From assembly GCA_963745025.1 (NCBI GenBank), contig CAVUWD010000019.1, positions 256,001 through 320,000 of the forward strand: DNA of 64,000 bases. The letters run 5' to 3'. The stretch is from an uncultured delta proteobacterium (GTDB lineage: Bacteria; Desulfobacterota; Binatia; JACPRU01). Shown here piece by piece: positions 61,177 to 64,000 of this stretch. Below the pieces are notes generated by a model. It was not told the DNA's origin and ran no database searches. It saw only the letters and a list, made by a program, of their open reading frames with translations. Made by a program: the position numbers and the translations under genes. Each line of letters starts with the position of its first letter. The first letter of the stretch is position 1.

Positions 61177-62654
61177 CGGATTTGGACCCGCGCGAAATCG
61201 ATGAAGCCGCGCTCGACGTCGGTGTGGATGAGCTCGACGCGAACGCGCTCTCCCACATCAAGGTGCTCGAAACCCCGAACGACCTTTCCCTCTGCGGCTG
61301 GGTGAATGATTCGGACCCAGGTGCCCTTCGTCGAGGCGCCGGTCACGATGGCGTCGAATCGCTGCCCGATCCGCGACTGCAGCAGCAGCGCGGCAGCTGA
61401 CTTTCGCACCTGTCGCTCCACCTTGGTCGCGTTGTCCTCCTGTGCCGTGCAGTGCTGGGCCATTTCTCCGAGCTCCTCGTTGCCGTAGGGTACTGGTCGT
61501 CCTTCAAGCGCCGCTTTCAACAGTCGCTGCGCGATGAGATCCGGGAAACGCCGGTTCGGCGCGGTGGAGTGCGTGTAGTCGTTCACGGCAAGCCCGAAAT
61601 GGCCCTCGGCGCGTCGACCGGGAAGCTCGAGCACATACTCGCCCCGGCCCAAGAGCTTTACTACGGAGAGCGAGAGATCGGGAAAGCGCGCAGGATCTGC
61701 CTGCCGGCGTCTCCTCAGGAACCCCTCGAGAGCCGGAGCACTCGGTTCTGACGGGAGACGCTCGCCGAGGGCTGCAGCCATCTCGACGATTCGCTCCCAA
61801 CGCTCGGGCGAGCGCAGAACACGGCGTAGCGACGGGAAGCCCTTCTGCTCGAGATACCTGGCGGTCACCCCGTTGGCCGCGATCATGAAGTCTTCGATCA
61901 GCTCCTTGGCCCGATTCTTCTCGTCAACTCGTAGGTCGGCCAGCACATCGCCATCGAACAAGGCCCGAGCTTCGATCGTCTCCAGACTGAGCGCGCCGTG
62001 TTGGTGCCGGAGCTCCTTCAACGCCTGCGCCGCCCGATCCTGCATGCGCAGTTGCTGATCGAGTCCCGGTACCGCCGAGATCCGTGCCGGCGCGGGCGCG
62101 GTGCCATTGAGCCAGGCAGCCACGCCGTTGTAGGCGAGCTTCGCATGATTGACCACGACGGCCCGATAGACGTCAGACTCCTCCAGTAGTGCGCCGTCGG
62201 CTCTGACCGCCATCTCGATGACGATCGCCAGCCGCTCCTGACCCTCCGCGAGGGATGTGAGGTCCGTCGACAACTTCTCCGGGAGCATCGGGAAGATCTC
62301 GGCGGCCGTGTAGACCGACGTCGTGTTGGCTCGCGCGTGGCCATCGATTGCGGAACCTTCCTCGACGATGGCGTCGACGTCGGCCACCGCAACGAGGATC
62401 TTCACCGCGTTGCCGACGCTCGGCACCGCGACCGAGAGCTGGTCGAGATCGCGCGAATCATCGTTGTCGATCGACGCCCAGAGCAAACCCCGAAGGTCGC
62501 GGAGGGAAGCGTTAGCCTCCGTGGCCGATCTCGTAATGGAGTCCGTTTCCGCGAGAACCGCAGCGGAGAATTCCGGCAGCAGTCCCCGTTGGAGCATCGC
62601 TCGTCGAGCGATGCTCCTGAGCCTGCTTCGAGCCGGAGTGGTCGTCCGATTCAT
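61173..62654 (-). CDS. Short RNB-domain (RNase II/R family) ribonuclease
   Basis: SIDNDDSRDLDQ, IEDFMIAAN, HFGLA..YTHSTAPNRRFPDL, C-terminal S1 domain. Confidence 0.92.
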   Translation of the reverse strand: MNRTTTPARSRLRSIARRAMLQRGLLPEFSAAVLAETDSITRSATEANASLRDLRGLLWASIDNDDSRDLDQLSVAVPSVGNAVKILVAVADVDAIVEEGSAIDGHARANTTSVYTAAEIFPMLPEKLSTDLTSLAEGQERLAIVIEMAVRADGALLEESDVYRAVVVNHAKLAYNGVAAWLNGTAPAPARISAVPGLDQQLRMQDRAAQALKELRHQHGALSLETIEARALFDGDVLADLRVDEKNRAKELIEDFMIAANGVTARYLEQKGFPSLRRVLRSPERWERIVEMAAALGERLPSEPSAPALEGFLRRRRQADPARFPDLSLSVVKLLGRGEYVLELPGRRAEGHFGLAVNDYTHSTAPNRRFPDLIAQRLLKAALEGRPVPYGNEELGEMAQHCTAQEDNATKVERQVRKSAAALLLQSRIGQRFDAIVTGASTKGTWVRIIHPAAEGKVVRGFEHLDVGERVRVELIHTDVERGFIDFARVQIR

Positions 62655-62699
62655 CGGCGCCCGACGATATCCCTGAAAGCCGTCGCGCTCCAGATACAG

Positions 62700-62900
62700 A
62701 AGCGCGCCCGCTCGTTCCACGTCGGCGTGCGGAAGGCTTGGTAGTGGCCGGCGCGCAGCGAGACGTGCTCGGAGGCGTGATAGAGGAACGCCGCCTTGGG
62801 GCTCACCGCGGTGCGATCACGATCGCCGAACTGCCGATCGACGACCGTGTCGCCGGCAGCTCGGTCGCGCTCGAGCCGGAAGAGGTCGACCCAGAAGATG
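62700..62900 (-). pseudogene. TonB-dependent receptor internal fragment
   Basis: AVSPKAAFLYH...SLRAGHYQAFRTPTWNE resembles the SPK...FRAPTLNE barrel motif. Confidence 0.6.
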
Positions 62901-62991
62901 AATTTGCCCCATGACTTGATCGCCGCATTGACCGAGCCCACCCAAGATCGCGCGTCGCGCCGTCAGGTGCAAGAGTGCCGAGACTGGGAGA

Positions 62992-63471
62992 TCAAGCGCC
63001 GGGCGCCGACAATTTCGCCGCTTCTCGAATCAGGATGTCGCGAACCAGTTCTGTCGTCTTGCCTACCAGCCGAATGCATCTCGCGAGCTTTTCAGGCGAA
63101 GCGATATAGGCCTTGACCTCTTCGGGCTTGGTGAAATCCGTGCCGGTGATGTCTCGGCAAAAGTGGCTGCATTCGATCTCGGTCGCGAAGCGACGGTAAA
63201 GCTCGGCGCACAGCGGGAAGAGCTTGCCGTCTTCCTTTTCCTCCAGCTTTCCCTTGCCGTATCTGGAGCTAAGCGCTGCCACGCCGCCGACAATCGCCCC
63301 GCACACCGAGCCCAACCCGCCGATTCCGCCACCGAAACCGCCCATCATCCGTACGGCATCCGCGTCCTCCTCCCCCAAAATCTCCTGCACGACCTGCAGG
63401 ACGGTCTGGCTTCAATGATAGCCGTTCTTGATGCAGAAGGTCGTCCGCTCCGTAATGTTGATGTCCTTCAA
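62992..63471 (-). CDS. C-GCAxxG-C-C family redox protein, probable selenoprotein (TGA at 63414-63412)
   Basis: ORFs 63412..63741 and 62992..63390 share one frame: KNGYH-U-SQTVLQ...GFGGGIG..SVCGAIVGG...CRDIT...C; AGGAGG RBS at 63488-63483. Confidence 0.85.
63375..63409 (-). promoter_or_regulatory. Bacterial SECIS-like hairpin
   Basis: After UGA: AG CCAGA CCG UCCUGCA GGUCG UGCAGGA GAU UUUGG; the G-led apical loop starts 18 nt after UGA. Confidence 0.7.
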
Positions 63472-63530
63472 CTTTATGGTTTCCTCCTGCCTGCCGCGAG
63501 GCGATTGTCGAGAGCTGTCGATCAAAGGCA

Positions 63531-63547
63531 AGCACCATTCGTGCCAG
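63531..63547 (-). promoter_or_regulatory. Sigma54-type promoter
   Basis: CTGGCACGAATGGTGCT has exact GG-N10-GC spacing, about 45 nt upstream of the RBS. Confidence 0.55.
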
Positions 63548-63876
63548 CGAGGTTGTCGGTTCAGCGCGATAGAAACCGCAATCGGACCGTGCTCGCCGAA
63601 GCATTGATCCGCGCGTCGCGGCTCACTATGACGCTCTTGGCGCCAGATCGGCTGCAAGTGTTGACTCCGCCGGAACCACGAAGCCGTAGCCACGCGCTGC
63701 CCGCTCAAGCACGAGCAAGCCGTTGGGGAAGCGGATTTCAACGGCCCGCTTCCTCTCTCTCGTCTCCCCCTAGCAGCGGTGAGCCCGATGGCGACGCCTG
63801 CTTGATCAAGATTCCGATGGTCAAGGAGAGCGCAACATCCGGAACTTCTTCAACACGAGCTCTCAGTCACAGGGAG

Positions 63877-64000
63877 TCAAGATGCGCGCAGCGCGACCAA
63901 GATCCCCATCCAGAACATACAGACCGCCTGGGTGAGGAAGAAGGCGAAACGGACTCCCACCACCGTCGTCGTCGGCTGCAAGACGATGTGGACGGTCGTC
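63877..64000 (-). CDS. C-terminus of a membrane protein (truncated by the window edge)
   Basis: ...VVGVRFAFFLTQAVCMFWMGILVALRAS*. Confidence 0.5.
   Translation of the reverse strand, partial: TTVHIVLQPTTTVVGVRFAFFLTQAVCMFWMGILVALRAS

Noticed and set aside
1-64000. Many long overlapping or antisense ORFs (e.g. 822..1970, 6964..9048, 11963..13846, 14263..16332, 26786..28420, 28236..29813)
   Set aside because: Arg/Ala/Pro-rich shadow frames of real genes in high-GC DNA, with no family motifs
1-64000. tRNA, rRNA or CRISPR array
   Set aside because: No cloverleaf with a T-loop in intergenic DNA and no repeat-spacer periodicity seen. GGCTTCAAATCCC at 41091 lies inside a CDS end and is not tRNA-Sec

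Overview
GC-rich bacterial chromosomal window; the gene content suggests a Deltaproteobacteria-like organism such as Ca. Binatota (inference only). 1-8 kb is the 3' part of an aryl-polyene/flexirubin-like type II PKS/FAS cluster (GT4, ACP, KS, CLF, LolA-like carrier, lipoprotein, MMPL, polysaccharide deacetylase). 9-32.5 kb holds housekeeping and metabolic genes (yceI-like, modABC, hemE, UPF0182, MmgE/PrpD, CDF, fbaB, cysS, LLM oxidoreductase, amidase, acyl-CoA synthetase). About 32.6-49.5 kb is an accessory island with a FixJ-type two-component system, an IS3 remnant and a run of secreted ester hydrolases (sulfatase, HAD, 2H and metallo-phosphoesterases, beta-barrel, DUF2252); several of these genes carry single-base insertions. 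49.8-64 kb has PPOX, cyclase, DegP, a diiron protein, an ArnT-like GT, fatty-acid genes and an RNB-LOG pair. Best hidden signals: (1) a C-GCAxxG-C-C family gene with an in-frame TGA at the conserved first Cys, a SECIS-like hairpin and a sigma54-type promoter, i.e. a probable selenoprotein that the ORF track splits; (2) a duplicated twin-hairpin element with compensatory changes flanking the MmgE/PrpD gene; (3) cysS lacking a canonical start codon (GTA candidate); (4) four 16-bp palindromic boxes at exact 22-bp spacing upstream of the sulfatase operon. No rRNA, tRNA or CRISPR array was recognised. All calls come from reading motifs by eye; no searches were run.
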